Program-made: the position numbers and the translations under genes
Part shown: piece after piece, positions 11,185 through 25,432 of the stretch
How the letters are laid out: each line of letters starts with the position of its first letter
Position numbering within the stretch: position 1 is the first letter of the stretch
Notes under the pieces: model-generated
Told to the model about the DNA's origin: nothing
Seen by the model: only the letters and a program-made list of their open reading frames with translations
The model's database searches: none
Origin: Adineta vaga
Taxonomy: Eukaryota; Animalia; Rotifera
Assembly: GCA_021613535.1 (NCBI GenBank)
Contig: CP075493.1
Coordinates: 6,882,001 to 6,946,000, forward strand
Direction: 5' to 3'
Length of the DNA: 64,000 bases

Positions 11185-12683
11185 CATAATACAAGTAAGT
11201 AGATCGTATATAGTTTCTTTTTTATATTTCAATTGAACTTTTCTTATTTTCTATATTCATTATAGAAGCACACTCGATAGATAGCCCACTGTTCTTCTTC
11301 TTCTTTTGGCATAGTCAATGTTGTTTACCTCAAGGAATGAAACAGATACTGACTAAATTGTTTTCTCTCTTTTTTTTTTATTGTATATAACTTATATATA
11401 TATTTACCTCTATATACATGATGATGATGACAACATATACTTAGCTCATATCAATAATGGGATAATACTAGTGAAACATCATTTCACTTTACAAGTAACG
11501 GATAGATTTACTGTGAAAAAAACAATCTTTGTACAACTTTGTTCTCTAATACAAATTCAAAACATCCGTAGTATGCTTGTCGATATTTTACAGTTCAAAC
11601 AGAGAACTAATTAAAATCTTGATAGATCTTAAGAAGACGGTCATATTTGTGTATTTACAGACGTATGAATTAAGTGAAAATCAATACCACAATTTGAAAG
11701 ATATCAACAACAACCAAACGATAGAAGTCTTAATTCTCTTATACACTTTCCTTTCCACAGTTATCTGATAACTTTATTCGTTTGAATATGGAACTCTATC
11801 GAAAATATTTGCAGCAATATAAATCTTCAATCAATTTCTGAAATTGTCTAAGACTCATTTACGTCATTGATTTATTTCACATTTCAATATATATATATAT
11901 ATTAATTGAATTTCTTATTAATTAAACAGAAGTCATCGTCTATTATTGAAAAAGTACGTAAAAAATATTTATTCATGATATATTTCTCGTCACAAGCAAT
12001 CAATTGGTCTACGACAACAACAACAAATATTTCCACATTTTAGTTTTCATATTTTCTTTCTCTCAATTTTCAAGCAGAATTAGTCGAAGGTAAACATATT
12101 CGGCGATTTTTTTTGTCCCTACAAATAACACGGTATAAAAAATGCAGCCTTCATGTATACATATATATGCTTATTTGAAGTCACTCGTTGCAAATAGTCA
12201 GTCACACCTGAATGCTTTTTCTTACATATGAAGCACATAATTTCTTTTTCGTTACCTGTCATATAGATTCAATGACATTGAATAATTTCTGATATGACGA
12301 AATGAATCAATGAGAAAGTAAACGACTTTATTCAGATAAACAAGAAACATTGATATGCACGCACAAGAAGAGATCGATTTTTATTTTTAAAAAAAGTAAA
12401 GAAAAATATAGTGGTGTTTTAAATTAAAAAAAACAGAGTGTGATCGTTTTTGTCGTCAATCGTCATCGTCGTCGTCGTCGTCGCTGCTGCTGTTGATATT
12501 GTTCTTGTTATTGTTATTGTGTCATGCAAGAAAAAGGAAATGTTTTGATTTTTCTGAACAGATAGATGTGTTGCGCATAAATCCAAGAGGGCAATTTAGA
12601 AAAAAAGATAGAATGATATTGTTCAATATTGAAAGAAATAAAAATTGTAAAAGGAAAAAAGATGATCAACTGTTTTTATGAGT

Positions 12684-13158
12684 CTAGCTTCGCTGTATAC
12701 GGCAGAACATAGTATAGAAAAGTGAAGCCAATAAAATAACAACACCAGTTTCTAATTGTCCAACTCCGCTGACTCCTTCTACTCTCTTGAATTCATCAAG
12801 AAATTGTTCTAAAGAAATGAAATGAATGAAATAAATATGAATGATTGAACGATGAAAAAAAAACAAAGATTTACTTGTATATGCGGTGATGGCGATAACA
12901 CAAGCAAAGAGACCCAAGGCACCGATAGCTGCTAGGCAAAGAAGACAACCGAGAGTACCACCAATTGCACCAAGAGCACCACCGAGAAGGAGCACCAATA
13001 CCTGGTGCAACACCAACAACTGGTCGTGCGATCATGGGTCTTGGACTAAGATATTAAAAGAAAAAAGTTCTTACAATGATGAATCGAAAAACATGGAATG
13101 GAAAGTCTTACCGTGATCCATATGGTCGGGGAGCTGGTCGTCGAGAAGCGTACGACAT
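12684..13158 (-). CDS. Small unknown membrane protein A (Arg/Pro-rich N-terminus, Gly-rich hydrophobic segment, C-terminal TM); contains a +1 frameshift or an extra intron
   Basis: MSYASRRPAPRPYGSR|PRPMIARPVVGVAPGIGA..LLGGALGAIGGTLGCLLCLAAIGALGLFACVIAITAYT|KQFLDEFKRVEG..VVILLASLFYTMFCRIQRS. Paralogous to the gene at 14817-15253, with the same intron phases. Confidence 0.7.
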
Positions 13159-14816
13159 CTTAGCCTATAAAGATCTACAAAAGAAAAGACATTGACAAGG
13201 TTATCTTTCTGGACAACAAGCGTCCACACGTGTTCAACTCTAACTCTTTCATCGACATATCTTCTTTCTCTCTTTCTTCTCTCTTCCTTTCTCTTCTTCT
13301 TCTTCTTCTTTCAGTTACCTGCGCGGTGGTCTTTTTCGGCAGAAAGGTTGACGGCTTCTTTGGAATACACTAAAAAGTGAGATATCACAATACAACAGAC
13401 TATCAATATTTCTTCTCTCTCTCTCTCTCAACAGCACTCTTTTTCTAATCAATTGCCCCCTCTCCTCCTCTTTTTTTCCGAACTCAGCATGTCAAATATC
13501 GTCATCACATTGTCTTCTTGAAGACGTCAGTTTTTGTTTTTTCCTCGCTCTTTCTTTCTCATTCTCACTCTCTGTGTTTCTCTCTTTTTGATGAAACGAA
13601 AAAAATATACTGTACAACTTGTCATGCTATTGATGCATATAACGTTTTTATCGACGGCATGATCAACTAGCCCACCATTTTCTTTGCTAAACATACACAT
13701 GTATTTCTCTCTTGCTAGCTAACAGTGCTACGCATGACTTCACAGTTATCATCATTGATTTGCACCTGAATCATGCAGCATAAGTCGTCATCAGAAAAAA
13801 AAACGAAAGAAAATGCTCGTTCTACATTTTTTTCAATTACTTACATTAACTAGTTGATAAAGTGAAAAAAAGACGAAACGTATTCTAAGAAAAAAAATAT
13901 CCAACAATTTGATAGCTAGTAAAACATGGTAATTAAGAGAGAGTTACAAATGGTATCTGATCAGAGCGAAAAAAAGAGAAAGTTACTAATTCACAAGAGG
14001 AAAGAGAATATGACCAGAACGGTGCGTCGACAACATATTTTGGTCGCATCATGTATAGGCATCGACTAAAAAACGAGGAAAAAGTCATCGTTTCACATAT
14101 ATGTCGTCAGTCAGGAGTGTTCCGCTTGATTGGTCACCTGACTTTTTTTCATTTCATGTCGAACCTTTTCCTTCTCTGCTTCTTCTTGTGTTTCGTGTAA
14201 TACCCATAAACGAACAGGTATGACAAATATTGGTGATATCTGAGAAAAAAAGTGAAAGAGAGGAAACGATTTTTTGCGCATCTCTCTTTCTTCCTCTCTC
14301 TCTCTCGTTTTCTCTATCTACAACCTTCAGGTGTATATCTCATCGCTTCTTGTAATTACGCCGAGAATATTGTGATTTTTTGGTAATGGTTGGCCAACTA
14401 TTTTTTTTTCATTAGACTCTAACCTGTCATTTTTTTTCGATGTCTCTCTTTGCTTCTTGTTGTCGCGATCATCATTAATAGCATGTATACATGTTTATGT
14501 TGCGCAGAAAAATTATTGATTCTTCTTTTCTCTCTTCTGTCACTTTCGCGCGCTATTTGCTTCTCTTTCTCTCTCACCTTCTCTCTTCTTCTTTTTTCTT
14601 TACTGTTTCTTCTCTTCCCTATTTTTTTTGAATAAGTGAGAGAGCTCTTGAATCTTCAGGCAGGTAGTAATAGTCAAAAAGACAACAACAACACCTCTGT
14701 CTAAATTAGGTAGGCAGAGAAATCACTATAGAATGGCCTTGAGAAAACATTTTATTATAACTTAGTTACAATTATTTCTATTGCTTTCTTTCTTTCGTTT
14801 CTAGTGAACTCTTAGA

Positions 14817-15253
14817 ATGCCACGAGTTCGAGTGCCTGTCCGACGTTCGGGATACCGATATACTGCCAGACCTGGTCGACGATATCCCGCTGCGTAAGTA
14901 CTCTTTTGATTGCTTGTATTTGACAGTTTTAGCAACTATTTATCATTTAACAGAGCTCCTGCGCGTAAAGGTATATGGGGTGGTTTAGCTGGATTACTCT
15001 TGTGTTTACTCTGCCTCGCAACACTCGGTCTTCTTGGTCTATTTGCTACGTTTATTGCAGTGACCGCATATCTCGGTAAAGATTTCTTACATTTTTTGAG
15101 ATAATTTGACATTCCATCTTTGATCATTGGATATTTGTAGGAGACGTCTATAATGCTTTGAAAGGTGATGCATCTGCACATTTTGCAAACATGGCCATTT
15201 TACTGGTTGCTTTGTGCTTTGCCGGTTACCACAAAATCAGCCGATCTACATAA
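14817..15253 (+). CDS. Small unknown membrane protein B, paralog of 12684-13158, 3 exons
   Basis: MPRVRVPVRRSGYRYTARPGRRYPAA|APARKGIWGGLAGLLLCLLCLATLGLLGLFATFIAVTAYL|GDVYNALKGDASAHFANMAILLVALCFAGYHKISRST*. Clean GT-AG introns, phase 2 then phase 1. Confidence 0.8.
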
Positions 15254-16599
15254 ACAATAAATTTCTTCTCCTTTCATGTTTTATTTTGAATCGTCAAAAA
15301 ACCTCGTCGCTGTTATCCGTTTTCCTATGATTATTTTCATTCCTTCGAACATTCTGGAAACATTTTTCTCGCGAATTCGCACAAATTTTATTTTCTAAAA
15401 AAAACACCAAGATTTTTCTTCTCTTCTTTTCTTGATCTTTCTTTTTTTCAATTACAACATACACACACACATATATCTTTATACACATCTATTTTCTATT
15501 AACTAAACAAGTGCCGAACGGAAATAACAAAAGAAATCTTTCGTCATCATATGAAATAATTATTCCATTGAAGCCATCATCATCAACAGCATTATAAAAA
15601 ACAACAACAACAAGAACAACAACGATATCACTTTGTATTCGCCAAATAAAAACGATTCTTTTAAATTGGTCAACGGGGTTTTTTTTCTTGTACTACGGAT
15701 GTGTTTCTTTCGTTTTGTCGAGCACTTTCTTTTTTTTCTATGTGTGTGAGAAATAAAAAAAACGACGACTGGACATCGGACATCAGTTACTTTTCAAAAA
15801 AGAACAAATAACTAATTCTTCGTTTCTATACGAAGTCTAATGCAACTTTGTTTTCAAAATAATCATATCAACATGTAATAAAGTAATTGCATTTTTTAAT
15901 AGAAATATTTTCTGAAACGAATATGATGAACATCAATGGTTAATTAAGTATTTTGCACGATTCTTTTTTCTACTCGTTGAAAAAGCTACCATCACTAGTC
16001 GGACGTCTTTTGAAAATTTACCGCTGAAGACTAGACCTTTCTTGATCGGAGAGTCTAATTGAAGGTGACGTTCGTTTTTTTTCTCCTTCAATCAATTACG
16101 TACAGATCGATGACAAAAAAAAGAGCCAGTTCGATTTTCGAATATGATAAACTATATAGAATACTGTATCAACGATCTTATATTGACGCTATGATTTTAA
16201 CATTGCTTCGAAGTTCGACTGTTCAAAATTTATATTATATACATATATACATACCAAATGACCTTGGTTTTATCATATCTTTAAAATGTTGTGCTTAATC
16301 TAAACGCAGTTTTGACAAAAATGGAATACATCTTTGCTTCTATGTTATATTAGAATATCATGTCTATATTATGTACTTTATAAATAGTGAGAATCATAAA
16401 ATCTTTGTCGATCAAAATGCAGATTTTCGTGTTATTAAAAAGTGCGTTTGGCATACATTGTGCCTACTTGTGTCATCTAGTGAAAATTTACTTCATTAGA
16501 TATATATATTAAACCAATACAATTTCTTTCATAATTTTCAAAATTGAGAAGAAATATTTTGGGAAAATTTCGTTACAATATTTGATCGGCATCATCTTA

Positions 16600-17626
16600 A
16601 TGTCGACAATTACTGCTGAATCAGTAATACTAATGAAATATAAATCATTTGAATAGAAGAAAACTATTTGTTATTTTTAGCGAACATCAGCTGTCTTTAT
16701 TAAACCTATTCTGTATGGTAATACTGCGAAACATTTCGGTTCGAAACGAGATTCTGATGGTCATACACATAAATGGACACTTTATGTTCGATCATTCAAC
16801 AATGAAGACATATCTACTTATATAAGTCGTGTACAATTTCGTTTACATGAAACATATCCGAATAATGTACGAGGTAAAGACATAAACGATTGCATTCTTT
16901 TCCTTGAAATTTGATTACATTTCTTATAGTAGTAAATCAAATTCCATTTGAAATCGAAGAAAGTGGTTGGGGTGAATTCGAAACACAGATTATTATTTAT
17001 TTTGTAGATCCACATGAGAAACCAGTATTATTAATTTCTTATTAGAAAACTTTAATTCACATGCATCGTTTCTAGGTGATAGTTTATCATCATTTGAAAT
17101 TGTTCTCAACTGATCCAGATGTTGTCACTGGAAGAAAGCCACTAGTTAATGAATATTATGATGAATTGGTAACGTTTTTCTCAAAAAAAAGATTAGTTTA
17201 CTAAATGATACATAAATTTATCTTTATAACACAATCACGTTCCGAATTGATAGAATCATTCATACATAGTCAATTGTTTATATTCTAATAGATTTTCCAA
17301 GAACCATCGGATCAATTAGCTCGACTACTTACACATCCGAAAACTCTTCCACCATCAACAGATGAACAAGAATGTATACATCTAACATTGGATTCATGTT
17401 TTCTCTATTATGATTGAAATCTTTTGTTTTTTTAGATGCATTGAAAAAAGCGGAAACATTAGCACGCATTAAAACTGCTCGTCAACGTGTACGAAATGAA
17501 ATTCAAGATCTAACTGAACGACTTCGTATTACACAAGAAAATATTAAACGTATTCGTAAAGGATCTGTTGATCATATATATCCTCCTGGAACATTTCTAG
17601 CATTACCAAATGAACATGCCGAGTAA
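16600..17626 (+). CDS. YEATS4: YEATS domain protein 4 (GAS41/Yaf9)
   Basis: IKPILYGNTA..DGHTHKWTLYV..VQFRLHETY..PFEIEESGWGEFE..YYDELIFQEP plus a C-terminal coiled coil; multi-exon. Confidence 0.92.
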
Positions 17627-17892
17627 ATTTGATCTAAATGATATTATAATACAATAAATTCCGTTTTTCTTTGTTGTATTTTGTTTTTCATTGTATGTTT
17701 GTGAATAAAAACAAGAACGAGATATGACCTTCTAAATATGTGCCAGACATATAGTCAGAGAAATTTACAATTGATTAGTTCTGATTGACATTTGAAAATA
17801 TTGACAAAAGATTTCGAATAACAAGAGGTAGATATATTTGGGACATTCAACGTGAGACAGATCAGATATTGTGAGATTATATTACATTGAAA

Positions 17893-20803
17893 ATGGTCAG
17901 CGCAATCAATAGTTTTTCTCTTCATTGGGCAGACATTTTGGTCTTAATCATCTATTTTGCTGTTGTAATCGGATTTGGTATATGGGTATGTTTATTTATC
18001 ATTAATGGAAACAAGACTTTTGATCATTTCTAGTCATCATGTAAAAATCGTGGTAGTGTTGGTTTGTATTGATTTTCAATTAATTATTAATATATCGATG
18101 ATTATTCTTTTGTTTAGGAGGTTATTTTCTCGCCGGAAGAACTATGACATTTTTACCAGTCTGATACTATTTGATTAATCTCTAAGTAAATATAAAATGA
18201 TACATTTTAGGTGGGAGCATCTCTCTTTGCCAGTAATATTGGTAGTGGACATTTTATTGGCCTTGCAGGTATGATATATTCATCCGTTGAGATTATAGTC
18301 ATGCATGAAAGATATTGATCTTAGAGTTTCAATAGAATAATTTCATCATTCATCTATTTTGTTAGGTAGTGGAGCAAGCAATGGAATTGGTGTGGCTGGA
18401 TTTGAATTGAATGTAGGTCATTGAAGGATTTCTTTCGAGCATAAATCTAATGTTAACGAATGAATTTATAGGCTAGTTATGTCTTGATAATTCTTGGTTG
18501 GATTTTTCTTCCTGTTTACATCAAAGCTGATGTAAGTAATGAAACAATAATGATAATATATTAATAGAAATGATTGAAATTAGGTTTATACAATGCCAGA
18601 GTTTTTGAAGAAAAGATTCGGTGGTGATAGAATTCGTTTTTATCAAACAGTTCTTGCTTTAATACTTTCGATATTTACAAAAATATCAGTTGATCTTTAT
18701 TCAGGTGCTATTTTTCTTAATCAAGCATTGGGTTGGAATATGTATGTGTCAATTATTACTCTTGTTGCTCTTGCTGCTCTATTTACAATCGGTTGTTCGT
18801 ACACTAATCTTTCATTTTGAAAACTATTAAAATAAGAACTTGTCTAGGAGGATTATCAGCTGTTATTTGGACGGATTTTATTCAAACAATTATCATGGTG
18901 ATTGCAGCATTTATTCTAATGGTTATAAGTTATGTTCGAGTAGGTGGTTTACAAAGTATTAAAGAACTCTATCCATATTCAGTTGCTGACACGACATTGT
19001 TCAATAAAACACTCTGTGGTATACCACCGGAAGATTATTTCAGTGTTATTCGACCACTTAATTCCAATAATGGTCCACCATGGGTGGGTATTGTTGGTAT
19101 GACTATTTTAAGTATTTGGTATTGGTGCAGGTTAGTTCAATTTTCGATGTAAAAGTTTCGAACATTTCTTGTTCTTTCATTTTATTTTTAGTGATCAGGT
19201 GAATACAATTGAATAAAAATGCTTTATTTAAAGATACTTCATTTTATACACAGGTTATCGTTCAACGAGCACTAGCAGCAAAAAATCTTACTCATGCTCG
19301 TGCGGGTTGTATCGTTGCTAGTTATTTAAAATTCTTACCACTTTTTCTCATGATTATTCCTGGTATGGCAGCACGAATACTATTTCCAGGTAATAAAAAT
19401 CAATTAATCAAACAGTCAGTTTTCAACAAAGAATCTTTTCAGATAAAATCGGTTGTTCAAACCCACAAGCATGTAAAGAAATTTGTGGAAATGAAGCTTC
19501 CTGTACAGATATAGCATATCCATTAATTGTGATTGAATTAATGCCAAATGGTTTACGTGGTTTAATGCTTGCTTGTATGATTGCAGCATTAATGACATCG
19601 TTAACATCCATATTTAATTCCAGTTCAACTATATTCACTATTGATATATGGCAACGTTTTCGAAGCAATGCACCAGAATGGGAATTACTTGTAGTTGGAA
19701 GGTGAAAGATATTTTATCGAAGTAAAATAGCTGATTATTTTCTATTTCTTATTGAAGAGTATTTACATTGATACTTGTTGGAGTATCAATTCTCTGGATT
19801 CCGATTATTTCTATTGCACAAGGTGGCCGTCTATTTGATTATATTCAGTAGGATTGAAGATTTCGACGAATAAAGCAAAATTCAATTGTCTTTTATAGAG
19901 CTGTACAAAGTTTCCTTGCTCCACCGATCTGTGCAATCTATCTACTTGCAATTTTATGGAAACGAATCAATGAAGAAGTATGTTGAATCTTGAAATTGAA
20001 TAGAATTGATCGGAATATTACTTTTCTTATGTGTTTATTAGGGCGCATTTTGGGGATTGATCGGTGGATTGATTATTGGTTTAATTCGGTTTATTTGGGA
20101 ATTTTCGTATACCGTTCCTCCATGTGAACTCTCACATACAGATCAACGTCCAAATGCAATTAAATTTCATTTTCTTTACTTTGCTATTATACTTTTTCTA
20201 TTAACTTGTTTAATTACGATCATGATTAGTCTTCTCACTCGTCCTATACCAGATCAATGTGTATGTGAGATCTTCTATTTCGTGAAACGAATGAAGATAT
20301 TTTAGTTTTCTTTTCCAGTTACACGGTTTGAATATATTTGATTTACATAATCCAATAAAACCAACTCCAATACCAACAAAACCCGGCTATTGGCATAAAG
20401 CTGATACTTCATTTGAAGATAAGGATATTCAATTCAATCAATCTGTTCTATCTATTGATGGGCCTGGCCGACGATTTAATATTTTTTATCCTGGTATTGA
20501 AAAACGAAAGTTTTTATTTTTATTTTTCAGAAATAATTCTTATATGTTTAACATATAGATCCATCGAACAAGAATGCGAAATATTATTTTAAATTAATCT
20601 GTTCATGGATATGTGGTGTTGAACAACCAAATGATCAAAATAATCAAACGGATATAGCGACAAGTATGCCACCATTAGCTCCGGAGAATTTATTTTGGAA
20701 ACGTATTTGTAATTATAATGGTATTTTTATCTTGGCATTTTGTGCATTTCTTTGGGCTTTTTTTACTGATTATCGTATCGATAAGATGTTTACAACTTCA
20801 TAA
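17893..20803 (+). CDS. SLC5 sodium/glucose (or inositol) cotransporter, many exons
   Basis: [77 protein letters not shown]. Confidence 0.95.
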
Positions 20804-21490
20804 AGATGAGAACTGAATCAAAGAAACTTTTTTTTCTATTGTAACATTTATACTTAAAAAGATTTGCGATGGCTTTTCAAAAATTACATATATTAAACGT
20901 GTAAAAATGCATGAATTTCATAGTTTCTTACATCAATGATCATCATCATCAATTTCTATTTGTAACGATCATATTTTTCAAAGCAAAGACTGAAATTTAG
21001 ATTTTTGTATTCTCCGATCGGCAGACATTCACATTAGATCAAACGATTTGAAATTCAATAACATCAACTAAATATATTGATAGTTCTAAATAGTATAACT
21101 ATTCGATCTTTATTCTGAGGAAAAAAAAAACCATACTTCGATTTTATCCCTAGAAATCATTATAATAGTCATCCATATATATATAAATATGCACTCTGGT
21201 ATCGTTAGTTTTTATCTTTCGAAAGTCTTCTCATTCGACGAGAGATCGTCATTTTTACATACTACCAGGCCATTTGACGAGAAAGAATGAAGATGTTATG
21301 ATTATAGTCTTTGTTTTCTCTTGCGATATATATATAGAGATGTGATATCCAAATGTGAACACCTCGAACAGAGAAATCAAGGACGTGTGATTTACGAAGA
21401 ATATATGTACGCAGTTATTTCTTTTTCGATTTCGAAAATAAAATCATACATCTCTATTAAATAAGAAATTTCTTTTTTTTTATAGGAAAA

Positions 21491-24490
21491 ATGCTGAAAG
21501 GAATTATATTATTATTCGTTTTTGTTACAACACTATTAGCTGAATATAATCCTGTCGAAAAAATCGCTTGGTGGGATACTGTAAGACAGATTTTTCAAAT
21601 GAAATGAAAATCATAGATTTTATGTTTCTAGGATGATCTCAACGAGTACAAAGACCACACACGTCGTGTCCCATTTCCAGAATGTCTGCTATCTGGTTCC
21701 AAAGGAAAATATCTCGATTCGTCATCATTGGGAAATTTATTTAACAAAGCTCTTCGTGATGAAGAAAAAAATTTAATAAATGAACGTTATGAAAACAAAA
21801 AACATAACTATAGTAATTTTAATGATAACTATTGAAACTAGAATACTTATTGCTCATTTTTATTATAAGATGATTTAATGGATGATGATGCATATGGATC
21901 AAGCAAAGATTACAGTAAATCTCGACAAGCTGCTACTGCTGCTGTACGATTAACACAAGATATTATGACCGTACTTGCTTGTGATCTGAATGGAACAGAT
22001 TCGAAGAATTTGTAAGAAAAATATGACTATTTGATATATATATTTTTTTCTATTAACATTCAATTGTTCTAGAGATAAATTTCTTCAAAAATTCAAAATG
22101 CCCGAAGAATTCTGTAGATATCATGACAAACCTGATTGTGATGGCAAGAAAACATATCGAACATCTACGGGTATTTGTAACAATCTTGACCGACCATATG
22201 AAGGCAGTTCTCAAACAGCTTATGCACGTGTTATGACAGCTGATTATGATGACCGTATGTTTTATAAGAAAAATACCTTTCAAATTGAATAAGATTGATT
22301 AATATATTGTTGTATTTTTGAAAAGATCTTAGCAAACCTCGTCGACGCGCTTATAATGGTGGTGCATTACCATCATGTCGTCAAGTTAGTTTATCATTTG
22401 GTTCAAAACCAATCTTCAATCGTGAATATAATAATTTTTTCGTTACATTTGGACAATTTATTGGACATGATATATCGCTTGCTACTCCAGTAACTGATAC
22501 TTATCTTACACCAATTTCCTCATGTTCATGTGATTCAAAATATGATTGGAATAAATGTACAGTTATTGATATTAAACCTGATGATCCATATTTACGTGGA
22601 CAAAAATGTATGGCTTTTCCAGCTACAGCTCAAGCATTTAAAAATCAAATTTGTTCACTTGGTGTCAAAGAACAAATGAATGGAAATACACATATTCCTG
22701 ATTTATCTGTTCTCTATGGTAATACATTACGTACAGCTGCGATTGTACGTACAACAGATCATGGTTTATTAAAATCAACAAGAACACATTGGGCTAAAAT
22801 GGAAATGCCACCATGTCAACGTGAAGGCAAATCTTGTGTTGATGGAACATATAAGAAACAATGTTTTGCCGGAGGTAAATAAATATTTAGTTCTTCTTTT
22901 CGAATTTTGATTCATCATTGAAATATTTCGTTTGAATAGGTGATTCACGTTTGATGGTTACTCTTGCATTTACTGGTATTCAAACAATGTTTTTACGTAA
23001 ACATAACGAATTAGCTCGAGGTTTGGCTAAATTAAATCCATCATGGAAAAATAATAAAATCTATGAAGAAGCTAGAAAGATTAATATTGCTATTTTTCAA
23101 GATGTCTTTTATGTTCACTGGCTTCCTATACTCTTTGGAACAACTGAATTTGAAGCTCGTTTTGGTCGCATCGGTGAATCAACTTACAACAGCAATGTAA
23201 GTCGTATACATGTGAAGAACACTAAATTAATCGAATGTTTTATTAAATATCTTTAGATTCCACCAGTTGTATTCAATGAAGTTGCAGTAGCTGCCTTCCG
23301 TTTACATACATTAGTTCGTGATTTATTCAGTCGATGTATGCCTGATCGTAATCGTATTGATGAATTATGGTTACATGATATTAGTGCTAAAGCTAAATAT
23401 GCTTATGAGTAAATATCATATAAAATTATTTATTTCACTAAACAAAACATCAGACATAGACTAATTTATAATAAGCATTCATCTTTATAATTTTTGGTAG
23501 GAGAGATAAATCAAAACGAGATTTCCATAGTAACATATATATACATGCTTGTTATACTATGTGTAACATCGTCATACCTATTTAACTGTTCAGAGAAATT
23601 TAAGTTCTTTCATATCAGAAATATCATTTAATCCTTTCCGTTTGTCTTTACATAGAGATATGTTACGCTTTTATTTTTTTTATTTTATAGTATTGAAAAT
23701 AACGGTATTGATTCTATCCTCTGTGGTCTCTTTTATGATTTTGGTTTTGCTCATGATGGCAATTTTGCTCATCAAATTCATAATCGTTTATTCGAATCAA
23801 CAAATCAATATGGACAATTATGGCGCAACGATTTAGTCGCTATCAATATCTGCCGTGGTCGAGAACATGGAATTCGAGGCTATAATGATTATCGAGAATA
23901 TTGTAAATTACCTAAAGCACGTTACTTTGATGATTTTGGAGATACAATTAATTATGATGGTATTAAATTCTTAGAAAGTGTCTATGGGTAAGTTGAAAGA
24001 TAAAGTTTTGTTTGTTGAATTTTTTTTTCAATTCTTTTTACATATGAATCGTTTATCTTTAGACATCCAAATGATGTAGATCTATTTGTTGGTATTAATT
24101 TGGAAGATCCATTACCCGGTGCTCTTGTTGGATCCGTTTCTGCATGTTTACTTAGTTTACAATTTAAATCACTTCGTGATGGTGATCGATTATTTTATTC
24201 ACATAGTGGCGTGTTTACACCAAGTATGGTTATATACGATTGAATTTCTATTTCAAATAAGAATTCTTTAGATCAATTGAATACTATTCAAAACTATAAA
24301 TTCCATTGCTTCGTCTGCTCAGTTGTTGACATCGATGAAGTACCACGCAATCCATTTAAGCCACCAAATGAAACTGAGTAAGATAGAAATAAAGAAATTC
24401 ACGTTTATTCTTTCTTTTCTTTGTTTTAGTAATCCATTGGAATCATGTAAAGAATGTTTCGAATTCGATCTACAAGATTGGAAAGAATAA
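21491..24490 (+). CDS. Secreted animal heme peroxidase (peroxidase-cyclooxygenase superfamily), copy 1
   Basis: Signal peptide MLKGIILLFVFVTTLLA; YRTSTGICNNL, FGQFIGHDI, EQMNGNTH, GDSR, AAFRLH, DLVAINICRGREHG, DVDLFVG, QFKSLRDGDRLFY. Confidence 0.92.
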
Positions 24491-25432
24491 AGAGCGGTTT
24501 TAAAAATTTCGAACAAATGGATTTTCAAGATTCTTTTTTTTTAATTGTGCCCATGTTTGTTTATTTAGTTTGGAGAAGAAAAAGAAGCATATCATGTTTG
24601 TTTTGATTTATCGAGTGTGTCTATGCGTTGCTTCACTTGTTTTATTGTTTTATAACATACAAAAAATAAATAAAAACATAAAAATAACTCACAACAAGCT
24701 TTATTTAGAAAGGCCAATTAAATTGAATTTATTTTGTTTCACATGTGTGATGTGCGGTCAATGAATACATAAAATATAATCTACACTTTATGGGCAACAA
24801 TAATAATCGAAAGGATATTTCGGAAAATAGGTGTTTTATTCAAAATATTGATTAAATTAGAAAGTCTTTTTTCAAATCTTTCCGAATTCCAAAACGATCT
24901 CAAAGTTCCCGTTGATCTGATCGAAAAAATATTCTAGATCAAAATTTGATAGAAGAATAGTTAAGATATCTAATTAGTTAATCCTATGTTTGAGTAGTTC
25001 ATTTATAAGCAATTGACAAAATTAGATGCAAAGAACCCACCAGAGGTCAAATATCTATTTCTAAATCATTCTTAAATAAAGTGAATTTCTGATTCTGTTT
25101 TATATACAAATCGTGTTATCAAACCCTCGAATCGATGTAATAGTTCAAGTTGATATCATATACATGTATACATATCTATACATAAAGACGATGATGACGA
25201 TCTATATATGTACATATATATATATACAAGAAATTTTGTTTTCAAGTAGATAATCTTTTTTCTTTCTCTCGCTGTGAATGTTTTCGAGAATACGAATACC
25301 CTAGATCGAAAACATCTGAGTCTAATATCGATATATATACACATGCAATTTGGTTTGACCTTAGAGCATTTTAAACTATTTCAAATGTTATAACCCTTTC
25401 TGATTTTTTATTTCAGTATAGAATATATAACG

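Noticed and set aside
13192-14635. Hydrophobic Leu/Phe/Ser ORFs at 13192-13380 and 14450-14635
   Set aside because: They are translations of CT-rich low-complexity tracts upstream of the two microprotein genes.
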